The notes: generated from the sequence alone by a model not told the origin. Shown: positions 36,882-46,702, counted from the stretch's first letter. The stretch is 56,298 nucleotides of DNA from a virus (IMGVR_UViG_3300037861_000279:1-56298), one strand, 5' to 3'. A program made the numbers and translations.

Positions 36882-37585
36882 TTACAGTAGAGAAGCCAGC
36901 CCATGTGGAAGGAACAGCTGGAGCACGAAGGGATTGGGCTGAGATAACCGGACAGGAGTTGACCCTGGCGATGCCAACATTCCTGCATGGGCCTTCTGGG
37001 GAATATTACTGCAATATCCTTGGTGGCATCGCTTATCCAGTATCTGCCGGCCAGGAGATAAAGCCTGGAGTTCTTGTCATTCTCGGCATCCAGAACGAAC
37101 CGGAGGTTAAGTTTCGAATCCTCGAATCATATGAGACAGAGAATGTTTTCAAGTTGATAGAGAAGATGGTCACGATTCGTAGAGAATACGGTTTCGGGAA
37201 AGATAGCCGGATCATCCCTAATTGGTACGGTGATCAGGACAAGTACGGGACATTGATTCTGAAAGCCTCTGAGGCACTGGAGAAGGCACACGGGGTCAAT
37301 GCAGGTCTTTATATTCGTGACACTGTTGATCGCAGGGAGAAGCACAGCTTCCCTCTTTATGTTCGGCAAATATTCAATGCTCTTGAGACATCTCTCTTGG
37401 ATATCAACCAAGATCGAATGATATCCGGACACCTACAGTCATTCCAGAGGGAGGATGCTGAAAATGGGAAAACCGAAGACTTTCCCGTTGTCGGGTTGTT
37501 AGGGGGCATGGTACATTCGTTACGCATCGAGAAGCCCTGGCTAGAAGATGCAGATGGACAAGGAACTGTTTTCAACGTAGAATAA
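36866..37585 (+). CDS. Hypothetical protein, possible degenerate RNase H-like (terminase nuclease-like) fold
   Basis: GGIAYP...GVLVILG...FRILESYE...WYGD strand/helix order. Confidence 0.45.
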   Translation: MVKPIITVEKPAHVEGTAGARRDWAEITGQELTLAMPTFLHGPSGEYYCNILGGIAYPVSAGQEIKPGVLVILGIQNEPEVKFRILESYETENVFKLIEKMVTIRREYGFGKDSRIIPNWYGDQDKYGTLILKASEALEKAHGVNAGLYIRDTVDRREKHSFPLYVRQIFNALETSLLDINQDRMISGHLQSFQREDAENGKTEDFPVVGLLGGMVHSLRIEKPWLEDADGQGTVFNVE

Positions 37586-37603
37586 GAAGTTTAAGGAGAG
37601 AGA

Positions 37604-37876
37604 ATGACACAAGCATGGTTAATGATAGCAGTATTCTTGGCAGGGTGGTTAAGCACACTATCTGGTGTGGCCCTGGGCGGATGGTTGGTTTACAGAACTA
37701 AACGTGACCCGTATGACCCGCTCTTTCCGAGTGGCAGCAACACTGGTTCTTCTTTCAATATCGATGACGATTTGTCCCAGGTTGAAGAAGAGTCTATCCC
37801 AGGAATGCCAAAGGTAACGGCCAAGGCCAATACTGCTTTCGTGCAACAATTTGCAGAGGAGTTAGCGACTAAATGA
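37604..37876 (+). CDS. Small membrane protein
   Basis: N-terminal TM and acidic tail; AAGGAG RBS. Confidence 0.6.
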   Translation: MTQAWLMIAVFLAGWLSTLSGVALGGWLVYRTKRDPYDPLFPSGSNTGSSFNIDDDLSQVEEESIPGMPKVTAKANTAFVQQFAEELATK

Positions 37877-38325
37877 TTCTATCAGCGAGAGGTGAACCTT
37901 TTAAACAGAGGTGGCGAGCGGAAGATGCGATCAAGGGTATGCCTGGTTATCAGGTTGTTGAGCACGAAGGTGGATTTGCTGGTATTGGGAAAGAAGATGA
38001 GACCTCGAGCCATCCTATCGCCATTGCCGCTTATCAGAATGGAGTAATCGCTCTGAAGAAAAAGGACAGGAAGGCCAAGGTTGTCGTGGCAGCTGATGTT
38101 ATCTGTCCTGGGTGCGGTCAGTCTTATCATGAGACCACGCCTGCTTACGATCCGGATCAACCTGCCAACCCTGCCATGTTGGATTTAAAGGAACCATGGA
38201 AAGGTTGGGGATGGGATGATCTGGGCAAAGAGCCTTCAATGGGTTATGGTTGCCTGGTATGTCCCGACTGTGGTAGTGCTTTGGCTCCAAGTGGGAATCT
38301 GAAACTCTCTCAGAGGGAATCGTGA
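37873..38325 (+). CDS. Zinc-ribbon protein
   Basis: CPGCG...CPDCG. Confidence 0.6.
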   Translation: MILSARGEPFKQRWRAEDAIKGMPGYQVVEHEGGFAGIGKEDETSSHPIAIAAYQNGVIALKKKDRKAKVVVAADVICPGCGQSYHETTPAYDPDQPANPAMLDLKEPWKGWGWDDLGKEPSMGYGCLVCPDCGSALAPSGNLKLSQRES

Positions 38326-38546
38326 AGGATGCGCTGGCAGATGACCTGACCTACATGAACATCATGCTGCTTTATGATCTCATGAACCCTATAGATTATT
38401 CCAACATGACTGCAGTATCAGTAACAGGCAGAGAAGAGGCTGCACTGTCAAGGTTCAGGAGTGACACAATATTCAAAACGAGGGTCCAGTGTACCGTTGC
38501 TCATCTTATGGTTGTGATCGATAAGCACTGTGACATTAAAGAGTGA
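38322..38546 (+). CDS. Hypothetical protein
   Basis: GTGA-coupled 74-aa ORF. Confidence 0.45.
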   Translation: MKDALADDLTYMNIMLLYDLMNPIDYSNMTAVSVTGREEAALSRFRSDTIFKTRVQCTVAHLMVVIDKHCDIKE

Positions 38547-38573
38547 ATTGAATTTACTAATCTCTATTGGAGG

Positions 38574-39038
38574 ATGGATATGTATATTGGAACAAAGGTT
38601 TTGAGTGGAGAAGCAATGACACTTGGCGAATACAACCTTTTTCGTGGTTGGACTATCCGAGCTGCTGATGATCCAAGCAAGAAAGGTTTCCTTGTTGTTT
38701 ATGAAGACGGGTATATGTCGTGGTCACCAGCAGAGGCATTTAAGGCTTATAGGCGGATCGATGCCATGACCCTTGGGATTGCCATTGAATGTTCGAAGGC
38801 CGGAAAGAAAGTTGCCCGTAAAGGATGGAATGCAAACGGTTTGTTTATCGTTTATCAAAAAGGATATCCTGAAGGGATCACATGCAACAAGCAAACGGCA
38901 GAGGCCTGGGGGATGAACGAAGGTGACCTGTTCAAGTGTGAACCTTACCTGCAGATCAATACGGTCCATGGATCTCATGCGATGTGGGTTCCCTCCATCG
39001 GCGATGCTCTGGCCGAAGACTGGTACATTGTGGAATGA
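38574..39038 (+). CDS. DUF2829/Tad2-like anti-defence sponge fused to an N-terminal YIGTK...SWSP domain
   Basis: AIECSKAGKKVARKGWN...PYLQI...WVPSIGDALAEDW is the DUF2829 pattern. Confidence 0.75.
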   Translation: MDMYIGTKVLSGEAMTLGEYNLFRGWTIRAADDPSKKGFLVVYEDGYMSWSPAEAFKAYRRIDAMTLGIAIECSKAGKKVARKGWNANGLFIVYQKGYPEGITCNKQTAEAWGMNEGDLFKCEPYLQINTVHGSHAMWVPSIGDALAEDWYIVE

Positions 39039-39186
39039 ATTGGATAGCAAAGATCATAACAGACTTGATATCCAAGCGTTTTTGGGGGAAGATTGTAATA
39101 ACGTTTGAAAACGGGAAGATCACAAGGGCTATAAAAGAAGAGTCTTTAAGACCCGAGTAAAAAAAATATAGGTATCGGAACAACCG

Positions 39187-39228
39187 AGCCCACCAAGTGC
39201 ACAGTGCACTGGTGGGCTTTTTTATTTT
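39187..39228 (+). terminator. Intrinsic terminator just upstream of the portal gene
   Basis: AGCCCACC(A)AGTGCA-CAG-TGCACTGGTGGGCT then TTTTTATTTT. Confidence 0.8.
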
Positions 39229-39239
39229 AAAGGGTAGCC

Positions 39240-41132
39240 ATGACACACAAAGACATTTCCGAGTACACATTGACGAGCCCTCCTCCCGCAGATCATCCAG
39301 AACTGGCACCTTGGGTATGGGGGTTGTTCGAGGATTCATACGCAGAGAAGGAGCGCCTTGGCCTGATGGAGAGGTGGAAAGCGAACTATCGTCTCTTCCG
39401 TGGAAACCATTGGGGTGAGAAGGCCAGGGGGAACCCAGACAAAATCACCATCAATCTGAATTTTGCTAATATCCAGCGTACCGTTGCAAACATCACAGCA
39501 AAAAATCCTGTAGCAAAGGTGATCGATCTCGACGGTAATGAGGACAATGCTGATCAGGTTCTAACCATGAAGATGAAGAAATGGTGGAACGAGACAGAAC
39601 AACAGGGGAAGCTTGCCAGATCCTCTCTAAACAATGAGATATACGGAATCACTACAGAGAAAGCAGTGTGGATCTCCGCAAAAAAAGAATTCATCCCCAT
39701 CATCATGGATGCATATTCCTACTTCCCAGCTCCAGGGTACTATGAGGAACAGGGTGATATGCCTTATGAGATCCATGCCTTCTCCTTGCCAGTATATGAT
39801 ATAGAAAACACTTTTGGCGTTGAGGGTGTGACTGAAGAGAACGTCGACCAGATACTTGGCCGAGAAGACCGAGAAGAGGTCAGGCCAAATACTGTTCTCT
39901 CCGACTCAGGTGTTGGTGTTGTCCTTGAACAGTCAAAGAAAGATCTCGACACGAAAGGTGCAAAAGGTGGCCAGGCCCTAGTGGTCGAATTATGGATCAA
40001 AGATTCAACAAAACACGATGCTGACCTTGTTACCACTGACGATGAGACCGGAGCAGAGACTATCGTGCACACAAAAGGTCAGCTTCTCTATCCTGACGGT
40101 GTTCGAGTTATTACCATCACCAACAAGAATATTTTCCTTAACGATATGCCCAACCCAAATGTGAACTTTGAGCTGGATCAGGAAAAGATAAGAACATCGT
40201 TCGCCTGGGGCAGACGGCCTTTCTATAAAGCTAATTCATACGAGGACACCACTTCGATATGGGGATTTTCTGCCGGAGAGCAGACAGGAGACCTGAATAA
40301 AAAGATCAACGAGATTGTCTCCCGCATTGCTGCCTATTGTAACCGTGTCCTGTTCCCAACACTGATAGTTGAGAAGGGGTGTGGAATCACAAAGAGCATG
40401 ATCAATAACAAGCCTGGGCTGGTCCTGATGCCTACCAGGCCGAATGCCAGGATCGAATACATCCCAGTTCCCAACCTACCGAGCAACTTCTTCCAAATCC
40501 TTGACCTGCTCGTTAATTTCCATGACCGTGTTTACCAAATCGAGGACGCTGATCGTGGAGTGCAGCCGACAGGAGTAACTGCAGCCAGTGCCATCGTTGC
40601 ACTTCAAGAGCGGAATGCTGTTCTTATCAGGCATAAGATTCGAGCAACAGAGTTTCTGTGCCGGATGCGTGGTCGATGGAACATCTCTTTTATCCAGAAC
40701 TTTTCTGTTAAGCCGGAAAAGATCACCATGGCCGATGAAACCGTTTATGAGTTCTCCGGTATAGAACTGGCTGGGCGTGAGTTCAATTATATTATCGAAA
40801 GTGACTCCACTGTGGCAAGGACCAGTGCCGGAGATCAGGAACAGGCAGTCGGGCTCTATAAAATCAATGCCATTGATCGTACTGCTCTTCTCGATGCACT
40901 CAATTACAAGGATAAGAAGCAGATCATCGAGAGGATGGGCGAAACACAATTGGATGAGGCCTTCAATGTTCTGGTTCAGGCCGGAATGGAGGAGGATGCA
41001 GCCCTGCAGCTCAGACAATTCTTAATGCAACCACAGAACGGACCTGAGTCTGAAACTGCTGGTGATGGTGGAGCGGAAACAGCAGCACCTCCGCAAGCAG
41101 GTACCCCAGTAGCACAACAAGGAGTAGCGTAA
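39240..41132 (+). CDS. Portal protein (podovirus type)
   Basis: 630 aa between terminase and scaffold; WGFS, RGVQPTGVTAASAI, Q/P-rich tail. Confidence 0.85.
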   Translation: MTHKDISEYTLTSPPPADHPELAPWVWGLFEDSYAEKERLGLMERWKANYRLFRGNHWGEKARGNPDKITINLNFANIQRTVANITAKNPVAKVIDLDGNEDNADQVLTMKMKKWWNETEQQGKLARSSLNNEIYGITTEKAVWISAKKEFIPIIMDAYSYFPAPGYYEEQGDMPYEIHAFSLPVYDIENTFGVEGVTEENVDQILGREDREEVRPNTVLSDSGVGVVLEQSKKDLDTKGAKGGQALVVELWIKDSTKHDADLVTTDDETGAETIVHTKGQLLYPDGVRVITITNKNIFLNDMPNPNVNFELDQEKIRTSFAWGRRPFYKANSYEDTTSIWGFSAGEQTGDLNKKINEIVSRIAAYCNRVLFPTLIVEKGCGITKSMINNKPGLVLMPTRPNARIEYIPVPNLPSNFFQILDLLVNFHDRVYQIEDADRGVQPTGVTAASAIVALQERNAVLIRHKIRATEFLCRMRGRWNISFIQNFSVKPEKITMADETVYEFSGIELAGREFNYIIESDSTVARTSAGDQEQAVGLYKINAIDRTALLDALNYKDKKQIIERMGETQLDEAFNVLVQAGMEEDAALQLRQFLMQPQNGPESETAGDGGAETAAPPQAGTPVAQQGVA

Positions 41133-41413
41133 TGCCCACGTATAGTTACGAATGCCAGGCCACTGGTTGTACGAAAGTGTTTGACAAACATCTCAGGCTA
41201 TCAGAATATAAGACACCGCAAGCTTGTCCAGACTGCGGTGTAGAAGCAAAGAAGCTTATGACCCTTGGTGGTATACAAGATGATCACCCTGTTTGGTTAG
41301 ACCAGTCGGTCAGAAACCAGCTGCAGGACACTGATTCTCACCATATCCCCATAGAAACACGGAAGCAGTACGACAAACATTTGAAGGACAACGGCATAAT
41401 CCCATCAAGATAG
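41132..41413 (+). CDS. FmdB-like zinc-ribbon protein
   Basis: MPTYSYECQATGC...CPDCG. Confidence 0.8.
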   Translation: MPTYSYECQATGCTKVFDKHLRLSEYKTPQACPDCGVEAKKLMTLGGIQDDHPVWLDQSVRNQLQDTDSHHIPIETRKQYDKHLKDNGIIPSR

Positions 41414-41465
41414 CCGCCCTTCGCAATCAGGGATACCCAGCAATGGCCCCAAAAGGAGTAGAACA

Positions 41466-42335
41466 ATGTCATTACCAGATGAAAGTGTCATAGTTGGCGA
41501 TCAAGCAGCAGCAGACCGAGAAGACGTTACGCCAGATCCTGAAACAGAAGCGGCAGCAGCAGCAGCAAAAGTCGTAGATGATGATGCGGCAGCAGCAGCT
41601 TTAGCAGCAGGGAAGGAAGAACCAACGCTCTTAGCCGGAAAGTTTAAAACCGTACAAGAACTGGAAAAATCTTATTCCGAGCTTTCAAAGAAAATTGGCA
41701 CCCAGGGTAGCAAACTGGGTAAAGCAGAAGAAGAACGTTCTCTTTTGTTGAGCCAGCTCGATAAGATGTCAATCAAAAGTCAGGATGCCCCCAAAGATCA
41801 GGGTAAGGCCGATGACCTCGAAGGACAGCTATCAGTGATAGCCCAGGAAGTTGAAGACGGTAATTTATCAATCGGCGATGGTATGAAGAAAACTGCCTTG
41901 ATCTCTGCCCAGATAGCCCAAAATGCAACTGTTGAGGGCATAAAGAAAGAGCAGACTCAGGCAACGGTCGACCAATCGAAGAAGACATTTGCGGAGACCA
42001 ACCCAGATTTTTTCGATATGCAGCAGTCAGGAGAATTGGAGGGGATTAAGAACACACTCCCAGGATTCCATGATGACATCTCTGCATATTTCGCTCTAAA
42101 GGCAGAGACCTTGCAGTCAACCACTCAGGCTGCAGTAGATGCTGCCAGGTTGGAAGGCATAGGGCTTGGGAAGGCGGAAATGGCAAAGATTGCAGGGGGT
42201 GACGCAAACACCCAGAAAGTCCTCCAGAGTGGGGGCAAATCGGCAGAAGCTATTGGAAGGAAAACCACTCCAATGAAACAGAGTGAAATTAGACAATCCG
42301 GCCTTGATGCATTGAACAAAGCACGAGGCGGATGA
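41466..42335 (+). CDS. Capsid scaffolding protein
   Basis: Acidic N-terminus, LAGKFKTVQELEKSYSEL, coiled coils; precedes the capsid gene. Confidence 0.8.
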   Translation: MSLPDESVIVGDQAAADREDVTPDPETEAAAAAAKVVDDDAAAAALAAGKEEPTLLAGKFKTVQELEKSYSELSKKIGTQGSKLGKAEEERSLLLSQLDKMSIKSQDAPKDQGKADDLEGQLSVIAQEVEDGNLSIGDGMKKTALISAQIAQNATVEGIKKEQTQATVDQSKKTFAETNPDFFDMQQSGELEGIKNTLPGFHDDISAYFALKAETLQSTTQAAVDAARLEGIGLGKAEMAKIAGGDANTQKVLQSGGKSAEAIGRKTTPMKQSEIRQSGLDALNKARGG

Positions 42336-42357
42336 TCTAAATTAAAAGGAAAAAGCC

Positions 42358-43326
42358 ATGTCCCTCGAATTAACAGAAATTCAGGCAATAACTAATGATT
42401 ATTGCGACAAAAAGACCACTGATATCTTTGCAGTGGATAACGTTCTTCTTTACATGCTCATGATGGGCGGAAAGTTCGCCGAGTCTCTCGTTACAGCCGG
42501 AGAGCTTGTAGATGGTGGTGAAAAAATTCGTGTCATCATCGAATATGGCCGAGCGAACACTGGATCTTATGGTAACACCACCAAGATTCCACAGAGCAAA
42601 CAAGAGATCTTGAATGCTGCCCGATTTCGTTGGGGTGGCGCGTATGCTGCTAACGCAATTGATCTCGATGACCAAGTCCAGAATACTGGCGATGCAGCTC
42701 TCGTTGACATGGTTCAGGGAAAAATCAACAACATCAACAAAACCATCCGTGACACCATGGGACAGCAGGTTTACGATGCTGCTGCTACTGAAAAAGATAT
42801 CTTGGGCCTTGGTGATCTGTTCAATGCGACTACCTCTTTGGCTTATGGTTCTATCACTGAAGATGATATCGCAAAATGGAAGCATAACAACACTGCAATT
42901 GGTGCAGCAATATCCTACAAGGTTATGCAGGCTATCCGGAGAACGGCCAAAGTTGGTCAGTCCAAGGATAAGAAGCCCAATCTCTACATTACTACCGATG
43001 TACTGAAGGATGGGTTTGAAAGAACTCTCCAGGCAAACGTCCGGTTTCGTAATGAGAAGATGGTTGATGCTGGTTTTGATAACGTCCTATTTGGTGGTGC
43101 TCCTGTTGTTGCTGATGACCGTCAGGCAGCTGGTAGAATGGATGCTCTCAACCTGAACTATCTCATGTTGAAGACTCATTCCAAGTATCAATTTACCCGT
43201 CCTACCTGGGAATACAGCAAAGATCAGCCAGATACTCTGGTTGCTAATACTCGCTGGATCGGCCAGCTGTGTACCTCACACCGAGCAGCTCACGCACGAT
43301 CTACTGGTCTGACCGAGCCTGCATAA
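42358..43326 (+). CDS. Major capsid protein
   Basis: 322 aa; DGGEKI, AGFDNVLFGGAPVVAD, WIGQL; strong codon bias; follows the scaffold gene. Confidence 0.85.
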   Translation: MSLELTEIQAITNDYCDKKTTDIFAVDNVLLYMLMMGGKFAESLVTAGELVDGGEKIRVIIEYGRANTGSYGNTTKIPQSKQEILNAARFRWGGAYAANAIDLDDQVQNTGDAALVDMVQGKINNINKTIRDTMGQQVYDAAATEKDILGLGDLFNATTSLAYGSITEDDIAKWKHNNTAIGAAISYKVMQAIRRTAKVGQSKDKKPNLYITTDVLKDGFERTLQANVRFRNEKMVDAGFDNVLFGGAPVVADDRQAAGRMDALNLNYLMLKTHSKYQFTRPTWEYSKDQPDTLVANTRWIGQLCTSHRAAHARSTGLTEPA

Positions 43327-43401
43327 GATTGAAGGTTAACGGGGGAGCAATCCCCCTGCTGATTAAATGACAACCCCATAAACTCCCAAGGAGTGAATAT
43401 C

Positions 43402-43761
43402 ATGGATCAAGACATACATTTTCAAAAGCCTGCAGCCTTTGCAGCTGGCGCATTAACTACTTTTTTTCAGGTTCCTTATCGCTGTACCCTCAGAGAAATC
43501 AAGGGAATAGTTCAGGCAGACCCTGGTGACGACGAGACCATTACCGTCACTGGTGGTGCCACTGCAGCTACTGCAACCATTGCCCTGGGTGTTTTGACCT
43601 TCGGCAATACCATTGCAGCTGGCGCAGTCGGGGCATGGGTTCCAGATGCAACCACTGGTGGTACCGTTTTGGAAGAGGGCTCTTTCCTTAAGTTTGTTAC
43701 CTCTGCTGCAGCTGTTGCTGCTGTTGATACTGACATCGAGCTTGACCCCTACGCCAGATAA
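43402..43761 (+). CDS. Capsid decoration-like protein
   Basis: Ala/Thr-rich beta protein directly after the capsid gene. Confidence 0.55.
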   Translation: MDQDIHFQKPAAFAAGALTTFFQVPYRCTLREIKGIVQADPGDDETITVTGGATAATATIALGVLTFGNTIAAGAVGAWVPDATTGGTVLEEGSFLKFVTSAAAVAAVDTDIELDPYAR

Positions 43762-43781
43762 GAAATTTCTGTAGTTGAGAC

Positions 43782-43815
43782 AAAAGGCCTGGGGTAATTA
43801 TACCCTGGGCCTTTT
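43782..43815 (+). terminator. Intrinsic terminator after the capsid genes
   Basis: AAAAGGCCTGGGGTA-ATTA-TACCCTGGGCCTTTT. Confidence 0.75.
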
Positions 43816-43828
43816 CTAGAAGGATGCC

Positions 43829-44497
43829 ATGCAATTATCAGAAATCGTTAAGGCAGTACAAGACGTTGTGCATAATTCAGACTACACCTCGGATATCATC
43901 AAGTCCTATATCAACGAGGCTATCCTGGCCGTTGCCACTGGAGTCGAGATCCCAGGGAGGCGGCAACTTTCTCCACCTTTACCTGATCTGTATATCGCAG
44001 ATGATGTCGAGACCGTTGTTGGTGCTGGGCTCTGCGAGTTGCCTGAGGACTACAACCGCAATGTGGTAATGGTTGTTAATTCAACCGGTGAAACAATCAG
44101 GCATATACCATCGTTTATAAAATTCATGCAGACTTCAGCTGATAAGGCCGGAGGAAGTGTTTCAAAATATGCAGTGAATGGGAAGCAACTCCACTATCGA
44201 GACATCCCTGCAGCCGCCACAACTTTAACAGTCCACTATTACAAAAACCCCGAGCCACTCTCCGCAGATGGGGATATCCCAGAAGGCATACCACCAACGC
44301 TTCATAGAAGCCTGATCGTAGGGTATGCAGCGAGAGAGATCTTTAATCGGATTGAGCTTGGCCTGGCAGGCCCCAAGGTTGATACAGCAAATTATGACAG
44401 TATCTTTCAAGGCGGAATCTTAAAGCTGGTTGATCTAATACCGGAAGACGGTGAACCAGATTACTACGACAACACCACAGACTACGTAGGTAAGTGA
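43829..44497 (+). CDS. Head-tail adaptor
   Basis: IKSYINEA, ELPEDY, VHYYKNP...PEGIPPTLH...GYAA. Confidence 0.75.
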   Translation: MQLSEIVKAVQDVVHNSDYTSDIIKSYINEAILAVATGVEIPGRRQLSPPLPDLYIADDVETVVGAGLCELPEDYNRNVVMVVNSTGETIRHIPSFIKFMQTSADKAGGSVSKYAVNGKQLHYRDIPAAATTLTVHYYKNPEPLSADGDIPEGIPPTLHRSLIVGYAAREIFNRIELGLAGPKVDTANYDSIFQGGILKLVDLIPEDGEPDYYDNTTDYVGK

Positions 44498-44498
44498 T

Positions 44499-45128
44499 AT
44501 GGCGAGATTCTCAGTTAAAGTAAAGAACCTGATGAAGGGATTAAGGCCGAGCAAGCGCAATCCACGGAACAACGGATTCCTCACCACCTGTGCGGGTATG
44601 GTTGGCAGAGATGGTGTCCTGCAGGCCATAGACCCATTCTCGACCATCTTGGCTTATCCGATGCAGGTAATCGGGACAGATCGCCTGAACTATACCTGTA
44701 TTGCTGACCATGTGGCGGCATCGACCAACATTCCGGTAACTGGAGTCGACTGGGCAACATATTGGTCACAGAGTGGTACCGATGGCGAGGTCTGGGTCGA
44801 CGGGAAATCCTACATGACAAACGTGAGTGACGGGTTCCCTTATCCTCAAATTTTTGAATTCAGGCAGATGACAATCGTCTGTGGAAAAACAGACATATAT
44901 GAGTGGGTTGATTCCGCTCTTGTCTTGAGACTGTCTGTAGCTGCAGGGCAGACCTGGCGAGCTCTTGACTTCAACGATTTTATCTACATGACCAATGGTG
45001 TGGTTTCTGTTACCAGGGATCCTCTCACAAAACTCTACTCCGTCTCTGATCAGCCTCCAGCCTATGCACTTTGCAATTACAATGGCCAGGTAGTTATTGG
45101 TTCTCCTCCTACTAATTACTGGGAATGA
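44499..45128 (+). CDS. Tail nozzle-like protein, N-terminal part
   Basis: Follows the adaptor; KGL start; beta-propeller-like FNDFIYMTNG and YNGQVVIG. Confidence 0.5.
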   Translation: MARFSVKVKNLMKGLRPSKRNPRNNGFLTTCAGMVGRDGVLQAIDPFSTILAYPMQVIGTDRLNYTCIADHVAASTNIPVTGVDWATYWSQSGTDGEVWVDGKSYMTNVSDGFPYPQIFEFRQMTIVCGKTDIYEWVDSALVLRLSVAAGQTWRALDFNDFIYMTNGVVSVTRDPLTKLYSVSDQPPAYALCNYNGQVVIGSPPTNYWE

Positions 45129-45129
45129 T

Positions 45130-45768
45130 ATGGGGTGGAAAGACGATAAGAACCTTGACCCATGGAACTTGCCAAAAGTCGATTTCAATTCTTTGGACCC
45201 AGGTCCGTGGAAGTTCAGGAAGACGGCGGCAGACATCAGATATAATGAAGGGACATTTATCTCCGATTCATCAAACCCTATCTTTGTTCCCCCAGAAGCT
45301 CCCCACGATCCAGTGCCAGAAATCCACAGTCCTTGTGGTTACTGGATAAACGAATACACCCAGGGCATTATACTGACGACGCCTCCTTATCCGATAGAAG
45401 CAACTGAAAAAATTGGAGCAGATGACTTTGGTGTGGTGAGTGGTTTTTTTGAGCTGGATTTTGTGATAAAAGATTTTGATAATCAAGAAAGTGTATACGC
45501 ATCCTCTCATGATCTGGTTGGTGGAGTTTTAAGGCTTGCATTGCATTCAGCAACACCTGTCGAAAGTCTCGTAAGTACTGGTAGTTCCGTTGTTAGTGGG
45601 CACTTCAACATAACACTTCACAATATATCGTACACGGAAAGCTTGCAGGACGAAATCACCCTGGCATCAGGAATACTGAGAAAAGCTCTCATTACATATG
45701 ACCATGGACTTCCTGAATCTTTAACAGCAACATCAGCCTTAGTAATCGGAGGATCTCATGGGGTTTAA
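45130..45768 (+). CDS. Tail-associated protein (chimeric)
   Basis: Pro/Trp-rich N-terminus then LTTPPYPIE and repeated ES...SG motifs. Confidence 0.55.
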   Translation: MGWKDDKNLDPWNLPKVDFNSLDPGPWKFRKTAADIRYNEGTFISDSSNPIFVPPEAPHDPVPEIHSPCGYWINEYTQGIILTTPPYPIEATEKIGADDFGVVSGFFELDFVIKDFDNQESVYASSHDLVGGVLRLALHSATPVESLVSTGSSVVSGHFNITLHNISYTESLQDEITLASGILRKALITYDHGLPESLTATSALVIGGSHGV

Positions 45769-46702
45769 AACAAAAGTATCTGGATTTTATAAGATCGAAG
45801 TTAAGAAGATAGTCGATGGTAAGGAAGTTATTACTAGAACTGTGGATTGGTTCCCTAACCTAATAACAAACACTGGCCTGGACCTTCTTGCAACTTCAAA
45901 TTTTTACTTGGGCTATTGCTGTGTCGGAAGTGACAACACCACTCCAGAGGTTACAGATAGTGCGCTTGGTGGGTTAATAACTGCAGATGCAACTGTAATT
46001 TCTAGAGAATGGGGTACAGAATCAGCTTCACCATATTACTGCTGGACTAGATGGACGTACAGGTTCGGTGAGGGTGTGGCAGCAGGGAACTTGTCAGAAG
46101 TTGGTGTATCTGACCTAGAGACAAGTACTGCTCTTCTTTCAAGGGCATTAGTCTTAGATACAGGTGGAAATCCGACGACCATTACTATGCTCTCTGATGA
46201 ATTCTTGGACGTTACCTATGAGATCAGATTTTACCCAAAGCTTACTGACAGTGCAGGTAGTGTGGTGTTTACGGGCAGTATCGGTGGATCATATAGCTGG
46301 GACATGAGAAGTTCTCAGGTTGGGGTGTTTGGTTCCAATGATTCTTCAGATGGCTGGGGTTGGAACCAAGGTGTCAACACTATACTTAGAACAATGCGTG
46401 GTTCAGGTGACGGCTGGAAGGCATACAGTAGCGTGATGGGTCCGATAACTGGAAAACCAGCAACCCTTGTTACTGGAAACCCAGTAGCGGGGGTGACCTC
46501 ACCTGCATATGTGCCTGGTAGTTATGAGGCTTACGGGGTTATTAGGTTTGAGTTAGACGAGGGCAATGACCTTCTTGGTATAAGATCCTTACAGGGCGTT
46601 TTCGGCCTTGGGACTCTTCAAATAGAATTCGATACTCCAGTAATGAAAACAGCCAATGATATCTTTGAGCTAACAATCAAACACTCCTGGGCCAGGTTAT
46701 GA
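45758..46702 (+). CDS. Tail protein
   Basis: WFPNLITNTGLD...VGS...GNLSEVG...LLSRAL...LDVTYE, a fibre-N/baseplate-like pattern. Confidence 0.65.
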   Translation: MGFKTKVSGFYKIEVKKIVDGKEVITRTVDWFPNLITNTGLDLLATSNFYLGYCCVGSDNTTPEVTDSALGGLITADATVISREWGTESASPYYCWTRWTYRFGEGVAAGNLSEVGVSDLETSTALLSRALVLDTGGNPTTITMLSDEFLDVTYEIRFYPKLTDSAGSVVFTGSIGGSYSWDMRSSQVGVFGSNDSSDGWGWNQGVNTILRTMRGSGDGWKAYSSVMGPITGKPATLVTGNPVAGVTSPAYVPGSYEAYGVIRFELDEGNDLLGIRSLQGVFGLGTLQIEFDTPVMKTANDIFELTIKHSWARL

